This document shows positions 8,172-17,480 of a DNA stretch of 51,065 nt, piece by piece. A program made the position numbers and the translations under genes. This DNA comes from a bacterium (GTDB lineage: Bacteria; JACRDZ01; JAQUKH01): assembly GCA_028719205.1 (NCBI GenBank), contig JAQUKH010000018.1, positions 1 through 51,065 on the forward strand, read 5' to 3'. The notes beneath the pieces were generated by a model. It ran no database searches. It worked only from the letters and a program-made list of their open reading frames with translations, and had not been told where the DNA came from. Each line of letters begins with the position of its first letter. Position 1 is the stretch's first letter.

Positions 8172-9515
8172 ATGCGCGTTCTACTTGTAAATCCATACAT
8201 CCATGATTTTGCCGCTTTTGACCTCTGGGCCAAACCCCTGGGACTTTTGAAGATCGCGGGTTTCCTTAAGGAATTAAAATGTGAAATATCTCTGATCGAC
8301 TGCCTGGACAGGTTGGATCCCTCGCTTAACGAATTTCTAAAAGGCAAAGCGCCAAAAAGCTCGCCTTTCGGGAGCGGGCAATATTATTCGGAAGAAATAA
8401 TTAAACCTGATCTATACAAGTCCGTACCCAGGAAATTCAAACGCCACGGTATGCCGCCTGGGTTATTTAAAAAAATACTTGGTGGTACACCCAAGCCCGA
8501 TATAATTCTTGTAACATCCGGGATGACTTACTGGTACCCGGGGGTATTCGAAACAATAGAAATATTAAAACATAAATTCCCCGGGGTACCTCTGATCCTT
8601 GGCGGAATATACGCGAACATCTGCACGAAACACGCGAAAGAAAAAAGCGGCGCGGATATTGTCTTCAGCGGAAATAATATCTTTGAAATCCTTAAACTTA
8701 TAAGCACATTAACTAAAACCGAATTTGATCATTCAAGATTAAAAAAAGACGATGAAATTTTACCATATTATGAATTATACCCAAAACTTTCTTATATCAC
8801 CTTACGCACTTCAAGCGGCTGCCCGTTTAAATGCAGTTACTGCGGATGGTATTTATTAGAGGATAAGTTTCACCAGATGGATCCCTGTCTTGTAGTTGGA
8901 CATATTGAATATTTTAATAAAAAATATGATATTAGAAATTTCGCTTTCTATGATGAAGCTCTTTTGTATAACGCTGAAAACCATGTTATAAAGATCCTGC
9001 AAAATGTAATTAACAGGAATTTACAAATTAATTTTCATACCCCAAACGGCCTGCACGCCAGATTTATGACTCTGGAAATCGCTAAACTTATGAAAAGAGC
9101 GGGCTTCATTCAACCCAGGCTCGCGCTTGAAACGACAAAAGAGGAAAGACAGAAACAGACAGGCTTCAAGACTTCTACCAAAGAATTTATGAACGCGGTT
9201 GAATGTTTAAAAAGCGCGGGATTCGCCCCTCAGGATATCGCGGTAAATATTTTGATCGGGTTGCCCGGACGGGATTTTAGTGAAATAAAAGACTCCATAG
9301 AATTTGTCGCAAAACTGGGGCAAAAAATATTTCTGGAGGAGTATTCGCCGATACCCGGAACAAATGATTTTGAAAGTTCAGGCCTTACAGCCGATTCCGA
9401 CCCGCTTTTACATAACAACAGCATTTTCCCTTTATTTAAACCGGAGGACCTTCCGGTAATACAATCCTTAAAAAAACTGGCGCATGACCATAACCAGAAA
9501 AATACTATTCGCTGA
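8172..9515 (+). CDS. B12-binding domain radical SAM protein
   Basis: LLVNPYIHDFAAFDLWAKPLGLL N-domain, VTSGMTYWY, ILGGIYA, GCPFKCSYC. ATG 8172 preferred over TTG 8136. Confidence 0.9.
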   Translation: MRVLLVNPYIHDFAAFDLWAKPLGLLKIAGFLKELKCEISLIDCLDRLDPSLNEFLKGKAPKSSPFGSGQYYSEEIIKPDLYKSVPRKFKRHGMPPGLFKKILGGTPKPDIILVTSGMTYWYPGVFETIEILKHKFPGVPLILGGIYANICTKHAKEKSGADIVFSGNNIFEILKLISTLTKTEFDHSRLKKDDEILPYYELYPKLSYITLRTSSGCPFKCSYCGWYLLEDKFHQMDPCLVVGHIEYFNKKYDIRNFAFYDEALLYNAENHVIKILQNVINRNLQINFHTPNGLHARFMTLEIAKLMKRAGFIQPRLALETTKEERQKQTGFKTSTKEFMNAVECLKSAGFAPQDIAVNILIGLPGRDFSEIKDSIEFVAKLGQKIFLEEYSPIPGTNDFESSGLTADSDPLLHNNSIFPLFKPEDLPVIQSLKKLAHDHNQKNTIR

Positions 9516-10863
9516 TACCGTATTTTTTTAATTTCCTGTAAAGCGTCTTCAGCCCGATACCTAATATCTGCGAGGCTTTGTTCTTATTGCCTTCAACTAA
9601 TTTTAAGGTGTGTATTATTGTTTTTCTTTCAATTTCATCGAGAGACAGAAGGCTGCTTTCCTTTGGATCCAGACTGGGAACAGCGGAATCCTTGCGAAGA
9701 TACGACGGCAGATTATCGACATCCAATATTTTTTTTGAGCTTCTCACAACCGCGCTTTCCAGACAGTTTTTCAGCTCCCTGACATTCCCCGGCCAATTAT
9801 GACCTTCCAGGATCTCCATCACCTCGCCTGAAACTCCCAATATTTTCCTGTTGGTTTCCCTGCTAAGCTCATTTAAAAAATATTCCACAAGCAGGGGCAG
9901 GTCACCCTGCCGTTCGCGTAACGGAGGAAGAACAATGTTCAAAACATTAAGCCGGTAAAAAAGATCCTCCCGGAATTTTCCTTCTTTAACAAGCAACGAC
10001 AGATCCTTATTGGTCGCGGATATTACCCGGACATCCACCTTGATCGGCTCCTGGCCTCCAACCCGTTGGAATTCTTTTTCCTCAAGTACCCGAAGAAGTT
10101 TCGACTGCAGCGGCAAGGACATCTCGCTTATTTCATCAAGAAATATTGTGCCGGTATGAGCCTGCTCAAACAACCCTTTTTTCCTGTCATAAGCGCTTGT
10201 AAACGAACCTTTTTCATGCCCGAAAAGCTCACTCTCCAAAAGCCCTTCCGGAATAGCCGCGCAGCTAATTTTGACAAAAGGATTTGAATCGCGATTACTT
10301 GAATAATGAATCTCATTTGCCACAAGCTCTTTGCCTGTTCCGCTTTCACCCTGGATCAGAACGGTCGATTTGGACGCGGCAACCTGTTTTATCAGTTCAT
10401 AAATTTCTTTCATCCTGCCGCATTTCCAGATAATTTTTCCGCTAAAACTTTTGTCTTTTAATTTCTCTTTCAGGTATTTATTTTCTTCAACGATCTTTTT
10501 ATTCTGGAATATCTTATGTATTACCAGTAACAGTTCATCTATATTTATCGGTTTTGTCAGATAGTCATAAACACCCTCTTTCATTGCCTCAACCGCGGAT
10601 TCAACTGTGCCGTAGGCGGTCATAAGGATAACTTCGATACCCGCATGTTCTTTTCTGATCTTCCTGAAAAGATATAAACCGTCGTTCCCCGGCAAACGCA
10701 AGTCAGTTATTACCAGACAGAATGAATGTTCTTTTAATAATTTGAGCGCGTCCTCGGTGTTTTTTGCCGAATTAACCGAATATCCATCCTGCGATAATAT
10801 CTTGACTAAAGATTCTCTTGTATTTTTTTCATCATCAACTATCAGTATCATATCTTTGTTCAT
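9505..10863 (-). CDS. NtrC-family sigma54-dependent response regulator (REC, AAA+, Fis-type HTH)
   Basis: VDDE, TDLRLP, GESGTGKE, ESELFGHEKGSFTSA, WPGNVRELKN, LGIGLKTLYRKL. Confidence 0.95.
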   Translation of the reverse strand: MNKDMILIVDDEKNTRESLVKILSQDGYSVNSAKNTEDALKLLKEHSFCLVITDLRLPGNDGLYLFRKIRKEHAGIEVILMTAYGTVESAVEAMKEGVYDYLTKPINIDELLLVIHKIFQNKKIVEENKYLKEKLKDKSFSGKIIWKCGRMKEIYELIKQVAASKSTVLIQGESGTGKELVANEIHYSSNRDSNPFVKISCAAIPEGLLESELFGHEKGSFTSAYDRKKGLFEQAHTGTIFLDEISEMSLPLQSKLLRVLEEKEFQRVGGQEPIKVDVRVISATNKDLSLLVKEGKFREDLFYRLNVLNIVLPPLRERQGDLPLLVEYFLNELSRETNRKILGVSGEVMEILEGHNWPGNVRELKNCLESAVVRSSKKILDVDNLPSYLRKDSAVPSLDPKESSLLSLDEIERKTIIHTLKLVEGNKNKASQILGIGLKTLYRKLKKYGISE

Positions 10864-12383
10864 CGCGGCCTCATATTCCTGACTAAAGGAATTTTAATAA
10901 AAAAATTGGTTCCCTTTTCCCAAATGCTTTTAACGGTTATAGACCCGCCATGTTCCTCAATTATCCTTTGGGCAATTGAAAGCCCCAGCCCTGAACCATT
11001 TTCCTTTGTGCTGAAAAATGGCTCAAATATCTGAGTTATTATCTCGTTTTTTATGCCTTTTCCGGTATCAGAGACCTGAATGGTCAAAAAATTATCAATG
11101 CCGGAATTATCCAGAATAATTTTTAGTTCCCCGCCATTTTCCATAGACTGAAACGCATTAATGATAATATTAAGAAAAACCTGTTTCATTAACGATTCAT
11201 CATAAAATGCTGATACTTTTTCCTGCGGGAATCGGCTGACAATATGGATATTCTTTTTATCGGCCTCAGCACGGATCAAGGTTAACACCTGCTGGATAAA
11301 TTCTTTAATGTCCAGTTCTTTCGCTTTTATCTTTTGAGGCCTGGCGAACATGAGAAATTCCTGGATCAGCGAATCCAACCGTAAAACTTCGCCGTTGACA
11401 AGGGAAATAATGTCCTGCATTTCATCTTTTTCTTTAAGCTCGCTTTTCACTAAATATCTTTTTAAAAGCTCGAGGTTCAGGCCGATAGAATTAAGCGGAT
11501 TTTTTATTTCATGCGCCAGGCCGGCCGCGAGATTCCCAAGCCTTGCCAGATGTTCCGCCCTCGCAAGGTCTTTATTCCGCGTTTCGAGCTCTCTAGTCCT
11601 TTCATGAACCATTTCTTCGAGTTTATGATTCCAGTCTTTTATCTCTGCCTGGGTTTGTTTCAATTTTAATAGTATATTATGATAAATCGCCAAAACCAGC
11701 ATGAAAGATGCCACGATCGGAAGCACCCTCTCCAGATTTATCAAAACTTTTATCTGCCCCTCTCCTAAAAATAAATTAAAAAGATGCGCGAGCTGAATCG
11801 CGAGAGTCACACCTAAAAATATTTTAATGAAAATACCGGGTGATTCTCTGGGACGAAGATAAAGGATCGTAAAGGCAATGATCCCAAACTGCCAGACGCT
11901 GTAAAAAAGGTCATGGATAAAGAGTAACTGGCTTCCAGGGGTCACCGGATTCAGGCCGGCCCCTGAAAAAAAATCACGGCTGATACGGATCAATGAGATA
12001 TGGATAAGCGGATATAAAAATAATACAGCAATATTCAGAGAGAAATATCTTTTAAACCAGCTTTTTCCTTTTGCCTGAGGATATAAAAATGCCCAGGCAA
12101 GAAAGATAAGCGAAAGTGTATTAAACCAGGAATCTATAATAGGATAAAACGGTTTTGTCTGCGGAATAGAAAAGAAATGGTTCCGTACAAGCATTAGATG
12201 GATAAAACTTAACCTGACTAACATCAGGCAAAAGGCTATGATTAAGTATAAGGTCTCCCGCTCTTTTGCCCGATTCCATTCGTAAACCAGCATAAAGAGA
12301 ACTATTACAACAGCAACCAGATAATGAGAATTGTAAAACAGCTCCCCTTCCAGGCTTCCAAAAAAAGCAAAAATCTTATCCAT
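10860..12383 (-). CDS. Sensor histidine kinase with a ~7-TM N-terminal domain
   Basis: Multiple hydrophobic helices, H-box AHEIKNPL, N/G boxes (NIIINA, DTGKGI, GSGLGL); overlaps the regulator start. Confidence 0.95.
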   Translation of the reverse strand: MDKIFAFFGSLEGELFYNSHYLVAVVIVLFMLVYEWNRAKERETLYLIIAFCLMLVRLSFIHLMLVRNHFFSIPQTKPFYPIIDSWFNTLSLIFLAWAFLYPQAKGKSWFKRYFSLNIAVLFLYPLIHISLIRISRDFFSGAGLNPVTPGSQLLFIHDLFYSVWQFGIIAFTILYLRPRESPGIFIKIFLGVTLAIQLAHLFNLFLGEGQIKVLINLERVLPIVASFMLVLAIYHNILLKLKQTQAEIKDWNHKLEEMVHERTRELETRNKDLARAEHLARLGNLAAGLAHEIKNPLNSIGLNLELLKRYLVKSELKEKDEMQDIISLVNGEVLRLDSLIQEFLMFARPQKIKAKELDIKEFIQQVLTLIRAEADKKNIHIVSRFPQEKVSAFYDESLMKQVFLNIIINAFQSMENGGELKIILDNSGIDNFLTIQVSDTGKGIKNEIITQIFEPFFSTKENGSGLGLSIAQRIIEEHGGSITVKSIWEKGTNFFIKIPLVRNMRPR

Positions 12384-12393
12384 ACTTTAGATT

Positions 12394-13611
12394 TTATCTT
12401 TTGGTAATAAATGTTTCTTTAAATTCGCGGTAGATATCAGTCAATTCCTTGTCATCAGGCATCCGCTTTAATTCCACTGCCTCATCGCGAAGTTCCGCCA
12501 GTAAAAGCGGGGCCTCTTCTTCGCTTATCTTTATTCCGAGCGTTTCATATTTATGAACCACAGCGGCAGTTCCGGAATGTTTGCTGACACCAATTTTGCG
12601 CTCTTTTAACCCGACATCTTCAGGAAGCATTATCTCGTAATTTTCAGGATCCTTAACCACGCCATCCGCGTGAATTCCTGAGGTGTGCCTGAAAATATTT
12701 TCACCAACGATAGGTTTCCATTCAGGAATATAACGGCCCGCGGCTTTCGCGACATATTCACAAACTTCGCGGAACATTTCGGTTTTGTAACCTAAATCGA
12801 TATTAAGAGATATTTTCAGTGCCATAACAACTTCTTCCAGCGCCGCGTTTCCGGCACGCTCGCCAAAACCATTAACCGTTGTCGCGATCCAGATAGTCCT
12901 GTCCGGAAACTCTTCGGCGGCACGGACGCCGGCTATTGAATTGGCCACGGCCATACCTAAATCGTCATGTGTATGCATTTCAACATCAATTCCTATTTTT
13001 AAATAATCTTTGATCCTGCGGTGTGTTTCAAAAGGGTCAATAAAACCCAGTGTGTCGCAGAAACGGAACCGGTCCGCGCCTGCCTCTTTTATCGCGTGCA
13101 CGTATTCCTTTACAAATTCATGGTCCGACCGCGACGCGTCCTCGGCATTGGCAGAAACATAAAGCCCGAATTGTTTGGCGTATTTTACCGCTTTAACCTC
13201 GGTCTCTATTACCCATGATTTTTCCTTATGCAGTTTTTTCTTGATCATGATATCCGAAGTCGGCATCGAAATACACACGGAATCCACTCCCAGATCAATA
13301 GAGTCTTTGATCTCATGCAATACAGGACGGTGCCATCCCATCAGGTGGCTTTTTATCATACCCGATTTTTTCCGGCGGATAAGCTCCTTGACATATTGGC
13401 GTTCATATCCCTGCTGTGACGGAAATCCTAACTCTATCATGTCAACACCCATATCATTTAAATATTGGGCGATAGTTATCTTCTCGCGATTGGAAAAAAC
13501 AATTCCGTAGGTCTGTTCGCCATCTCGCAATGTGGTATCGCCGATCTTTACCCTCTTTGCCATTTTGCTTAAGTCAACAGAAGATCTCTGCATTTTTTTT
13601 GATTTTGCCAT
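12394..13611 (-). CDS. Homocitrate synthase/Re-citrate synthase (NifV/LeuA-like DRE-TIM family)
   Basis: DTTLRDGEQ, HTHDDLGMA, GFGERAGNAALEE, HTSGIHADG; no LeuA regulatory domain. Confidence 0.85.
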   Translation of the reverse strand: MAKSKKMQRSSVDLSKMAKRVKIGDTTLRDGEQTYGIVFSNREKITIAQYLNDMGVDMIELGFPSQQGYERQYVKELIRRKKSGMIKSHLMGWHRPVLHEIKDSIDLGVDSVCISMPTSDIMIKKKLHKEKSWVIETEVKAVKYAKQFGLYVSANAEDASRSDHEFVKEYVHAIKEAGADRFRFCDTLGFIDPFETHRRIKDYLKIGIDVEMHTHDDLGMAVANSIAGVRAAEEFPDRTIWIATTVNGFGERAGNAALEEVVMALKISLNIDLGYKTEMFREVCEYVAKAAGRYIPEWKPIVGENIFRHTSGIHADGVVKDPENYEIMLPEDVGLKERKIGVSKHSGTAAVVHKYETLGIKISEEEAPLLLAELRDEAVELKRMPDDKELTDIYREFKETFITKR

Positions 13612-13626
13612 AAATTTTCCCCTTAA

Positions 13627-14820
13627 TTAAATTAATTTATTAACCCCTTGTTCGATGCGGTCAATTCCCTTCTGAATATTCTCCATCGATGTCGCGTAAG
13701 ACAGGCGCATATAATTGTCATCTCCGAACGCGATACCCGGAACAACCGCGACATTCATCTCTTCGATCAAAAAACCGCTAAGATCCAGCGATGATCTGAT
13801 CTCTTTACCATTAAATTTTTTACCCAATATTTTCTTAATATTCGGGAACGCGTAGAACGCGCCCTGGGGTATCAAACACGAAACACCTTTGATCTTATTC
13901 AAACGCGAAACCATATAATCACGGCGTTCTTTAAACGCGGTTACCATTGTTCCGACAAATTCCTGCGAACCGTTTATCGCTTCTTGTGCCGCCTTCTGGG
14001 AAATTGACGCCGGATTAGATGTCGAATGGCTCTGGATATTATTCATCGCGCTGATAATATTCTCAGGCCCTGCCGAGTAACCGATCCGCCATCCGGTCAT
14101 TGAAGAACTTTTTGATACGCCGTTCACAACAACCGTATTCTGTTTTATCTCAGGGCTTAAGCTTGCTATACTAAAATGTTTAGTATCATCATAAACTATT
14201 TTTTCATAGATCTCATCGGAGATGATAAGAATTTGATTTTCCAGCGCGGCCTTTGATATATCCATTAACTCTTCTTTGCTGTAAACCATACCCGTCGGAT
14301 TGCTTGGGCTATTAAGGATCAATGCCTTTACTTTTTTGTTAGCTTTTTTCCTTAAACCATCCGCCGTTATCTTAAAACCGTTCTTTTCTTTTGTTTTTAA
14401 AAAAATCGGTTTTCCTCCCGCCAAGCTGACCATCTCCGGATAACTTACCCAATATGGGCTTGGGATAAGAACCTTATCCCCGGGATTTAATATCGCCTGA
14501 AAAATATTATAAAGCGAATGTTTTGCCCCGCATGAGACAAGGATCTCTTTTTTTGTATAAGTTAAATTATTGTCCCTCTGAAATTTCCGGCAGATCGCTT
14601 CTTTCAATTCTTCCGTCCCGCCCACTGCCGTATATTTTGTAAAACCTTTATGGATCGCTTCGATCGCCTTATCCTTAACATTCTGCGGCGTATCAAAATC
14701 CGGTTCCCCCGCCCCGAAACTTATAATATCTTTACCTTCAGCCTTCATCTTTTTTGCCAGCGCGTCTATGGCTAATGTCGGGGAAGGATTTATATTTTTC
14801 GCGCGGTTAGCGATTTCCAT
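13627..14820 (-). CDS. aspC: Aspartate aminotransferase (class I PLP enzyme)
   Basis: GEPDFDTP, NSPSNPTG, SDEIY, SKSSSMTGWRIG. Confidence 0.92.
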   Translation of the reverse strand: MEIANRAKNINPSPTLAIDALAKKMKAEGKDIISFGAGEPDFDTPQNVKDKAIEAIHKGFTKYTAVGGTEELKEAICRKFQRDNNLTYTKKEILVSCGAKHSLYNIFQAILNPGDKVLIPSPYWVSYPEMVSLAGGKPIFLKTKEKNGFKITADGLRKKANKKVKALILNSPSNPTGMVYSKEELMDISKAALENQILIISDEIYEKIVYDDTKHFSIASLSPEIKQNTVVVNGVSKSSSMTGWRIGYSAGPENIISAMNNIQSHSTSNPASISQKAAQEAINGSQEFVGTMVTAFKERRDYMVSRLNKIKGVSCLIPQGAFYAFPNIKKILGKKFNGKEIRSSLDLSGFLIEEMNVAVVPGIAFGDDNYMRLSYATSMENIQKGIDRIEQGVNKLI

Positions 14821-14872
14821 TTATTTTGCTCCTCATTTTTTAGATGTTTTTTGGCTTAAGCGACAAAAAAAT

Positions 14873-14901
14873 ATGATAGCATATACGACTATATCTTTCA
14901 A
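14873..14901 (-). promoter_or_regulatory. sigma70 promoter of the aspC-synthase-kinase-regulator operon
   Basis: Minus strand TTGAAA-N17-TATCAT with TG extension. Confidence 0.55.
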
Positions 14902-14959
14902 TAAGAAAATCTAATGCGGATTTATCCCCTTCGGGGATAATAATGAGACGGGGTAAATA

Positions 14960-15289
14960 TTAAATTTTTCTCCCTACCTTATTAAAATGATCTAAAAGCA
15001 CGGTTTTATACTTAATATCTTCTTCAGGAAATACCTGGATGACCTGTTCGCCTTCACTTCCGTTTAACCTGTTGTATTTAATGTAAACAATACATTGCAC
15101 GCAGTCCTTTTCTTTCTCCGCAAAAGTGCCCTGCACTTTACCTTCGCAAAGAGTTCCGGCAACAGCCCAACAGCTATGGCCAAGGTTTTCTTTTGCCGCA
15201 ACACACTCTCCAAGCTCTGAAACCCTGGTACCCTCTTTTTCACGGCCGCAATTCTTGAGTTCCCAGCAATTTATCATTTTATCATCCAT
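14960..15289 (-). CDS. Two-CW domain Cys-rich protein
   Basis: NCWELKNCGRE...C...SCWAVAGTLCEGKVQGTFAEKEKDCVQC. Confidence 0.85.
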   Translation of the reverse strand: MDDKMINCWELKNCGREKEGTRVSELGECVAAKENLGHSCWAVAGTLCEGKVQGTFAEKEKDCVQCIVYIKYNRLNGSEGEQVIQVFPEEDIKYKTVLLDHFNKVGRKI

Positions 15290-15344
15290 TTTCTTTGTTC
15301 CTCTGATTTGATTTTATATTTTTTTAAATTATTGTCAATTATAT

Positions 15345-16364
15345 TTATTTTTTCCTTCCTGTTATCAGGCTTGTTCTGAAATTTGTGTCTTTCCGGGTAA
15401 TTCTGGAAAATCCGGCGTTTTTCAGCCATTGAATTACTTCCGATCCGGTATATGTGTTACCGGACTCTGTTCCTACAAGCATATTTAAAGCAAACAAAGC
15501 GCCGTGGGGCGGGCTTACGCGGTCGTCATCCATAATAAAATCCTGGACTACGATCTGTCCTTTCGGATTTAATACTTTGTAACATTTTTTTATAAGCATT
15601 TCATTTTCTTTCGGAGAATTACTGTGGATCACCGCCGAAAGGAATACAAGGTCAAAACCTTTTGGAAACTCATCGCTATTATAATTTCCTGGAGTTGTAT
15701 TTATTTTATCTGAAAGTTTTTCTTTTTCAACATACATCTTTGTGATCGGAAGGACATTGAGCAGGTCGAACACAGTAGCTTTTATGTCATCTTTTGCCCG
15801 CGCGAACGCCATGGAAAAAACCCCTGAACCGCCCCCGATATCCAGGACACTTTTAACGCCGGTAAGGTCTATCATCGAAATCACGAACGGCGCCTGCCTG
15901 TATCCGCGTTCATGCATAGCCGCAATAAATCCGGTTAAAGAATCACCGTCGCGCTCGTCTATGCTTTGTAATGCCGCGGGCCTTCCGAAACGGACTGATC
16001 TTGTCAGGGTACTCCAGTTATTCCAAAGATGAACAAAGTGCATTAAGCCCTGCATATATTCAGGTCTTCCCTTGACAAGAAAACGCAGTCCCGAAGGTGT
16101 ATTGGAAAATTTACCGTTCTTCTTTTTTAAGAGACCCATCGCGCATAACGCGTTCATTAAACGATCTAAAGCGCGGCTGTCTGCTCCTAATTTTTTCGCT
16201 ACTTCATTCGAGGACCTGGCTTTATCCCCAAGCGCGGTAAAGACATCAAGTTCATAAGCGGTTAAAAATATCCTGCTCTTCTGAAAACTAAGCCCTAATT
16301 CCCTGATATCCTGAGGCAAAAGTTCATTATTATCATTATTATTCGACATAAAAAATCTCCTCAT
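15345..16364 (-). CDS. SAM-dependent O-methyltransferase with N-terminal dimerisation domain (ASMT-like)
   Basis: TAYELDVF winged-helix domain, LDIGGGSG, VFDL, FLSAVIH. Confidence 0.9.
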   Translation of the reverse strand: MRRFFMSNNNDNNELLPQDIRELGLSFQKSRIFLTAYELDVFTALGDKARSSNEVAKKLGADSRALDRLMNALCAMGLLKKKNGKFSNTPSGLRFLVKGRPEYMQGLMHFVHLWNNWSTLTRSVRFGRPAALQSIDERDGDSLTGFIAAMHERGYRQAPFVISMIDLTGVKSVLDIGGGSGVFSMAFARAKDDIKATVFDLLNVLPITKMYVEKEKLSDKINTTPGNYNSDEFPKGFDLVFLSAVIHSNSPKENEMLIKKCYKVLNPKGQIVVQDFIMDDDRVSPPHGALFALNMLVGTESGNTYTGSEVIQWLKNAGFSRITRKDTNFRTSLITGRKK

Positions 16365-17464
16365 TCTTTTCTTTTTCCGGCAATAAATTCTTCATTCATC
16401 TTATACGCCTCATCATCCGTAAATTGTCTTGGCGGATGTTTCATAAAATACGAGGAAGGCGAGTACAAAACTCCGCCAATACCCCTGTTTATCGCCAGCC
16501 CCGCGCACCTGATCGCGTCAATTACCACTCCAGCGGAATTCGGCGAATCTTCCACAGACAATCTCAATTCCAGATTTATCGGCACATCCCCGAATATTCT
16601 TCCTTCAATCCGGATAAAAGCGACTTTATTGTCTTTCTGCCACGGGACATAATCGCTCGGCCCGATATGAATATTCTCAGGCTCCAGTCTTTCAGCCAAA
16701 ACCGACTGCACAGCCTCTGTCTTTGATTTCTTTTTTGAACTAAGCCTTGTTATATTAAGCATATTAAGAAAATCCGTGTTCCCTCCCGTATTTAACTGAT
16801 AGGTCCTGTCTATCTTCACCCCTCTTTTTTTAAAAAGGGAGGCTAAGGTCCTGTGCGTGATAGTCGCGCCAAGCTGGGATTTTATGTCATCGCCTATTAT
16901 CGGTATATTTTTCTTCTTAAATTTTTCCTGCCATTTCGGGTCGCTCGCTATAAAAACAGGCATGTTATTGATAAGCCCCACACCTGCCGAGAGGGCGCAA
17001 TCCGCGTAAAATCTGACCGCGTTCTCAGAACCTACGGGAAGGTAATTTATTAATAACTGGGCACCGGATTCTTTAAGTGTTTTAACTATATCTTTTTTTT
17101 CCGCCTCTTTTGCATTACCTGGAACAAACCTGCATTTTTCATCGTAATTTTTCATATGCTCGGATACGCCGTCAAGTATTTTTCCCATTTGAACAAATAC
17201 TTTTGTTTTCGGAATATCGGGACAAAACTTTTTTGTACAGTTTGGCAGCGCGAATATGGCCTCCGATACATCCCTGCCAACCTTTCTCTTGTCGATATCA
17301 AAAGCAGCTACTACTTCAATATCATAAGGTTTATATCCTCCTATATCCCAGTGCATTAAACCATTAACGTCTTCTTTTTGTTTTGTTTTATAATATTCAA
17401 TACCCTGGATCAGAGAGCTCGCGCAATTGCCGACTCCAGCGATCGCGATCTTGATTTTCTTCAT
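16361..17464 (-). CDS. ino1: myo-Inositol-1-phosphate synthase
   Basis: GVGNCASSL, YLPVGS, GDDIKSQLGAT, YQLNTGGNTDFLNM, DSPNSAG. Confidence 0.95.
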   Translation of the reverse strand: MKKIKIAIAGVGNCASSLIQGIEYYKTKQKEDVNGLMHWDIGGYKPYDIEVVAAFDIDKRKVGRDVSEAIFALPNCTKKFCPDIPKTKVFVQMGKILDGVSEHMKNYDEKCRFVPGNAKEAEKKDIVKTLKESGAQLLINYLPVGSENAVRFYADCALSAGVGLINNMPVFIASDPKWQEKFKKKNIPIIGDDIKSQLGATITHRTLASLFKKRGVKIDRTYQLNTGGNTDFLNMLNITRLSSKKKSKTEAVQSVLAERLEPENIHIGPSDYVPWQKDNKVAFIRIEGRIFGDVPINLELRLSVEDSPNSAGVVIDAIRCAGLAINRGIGGVLYSPSSYFMKHPPRQFTDDEAYKMNEEFIAGKRKE

Positions 17465-17480
17465 AAAAACCTCCTTAGCC

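Noticed and set aside
12394-13611. Evidence of nitrogen fixation (nifV)
   Set aside because: No nif genes in the window, and the family has several non-nif roles.
14922-14940. Hairpin TTATCCCC-TTC-GGGGATAA as a terminator
   Set aside because: No U-tract on the relevant strand; may be a repeat remnant and cannot be assigned.
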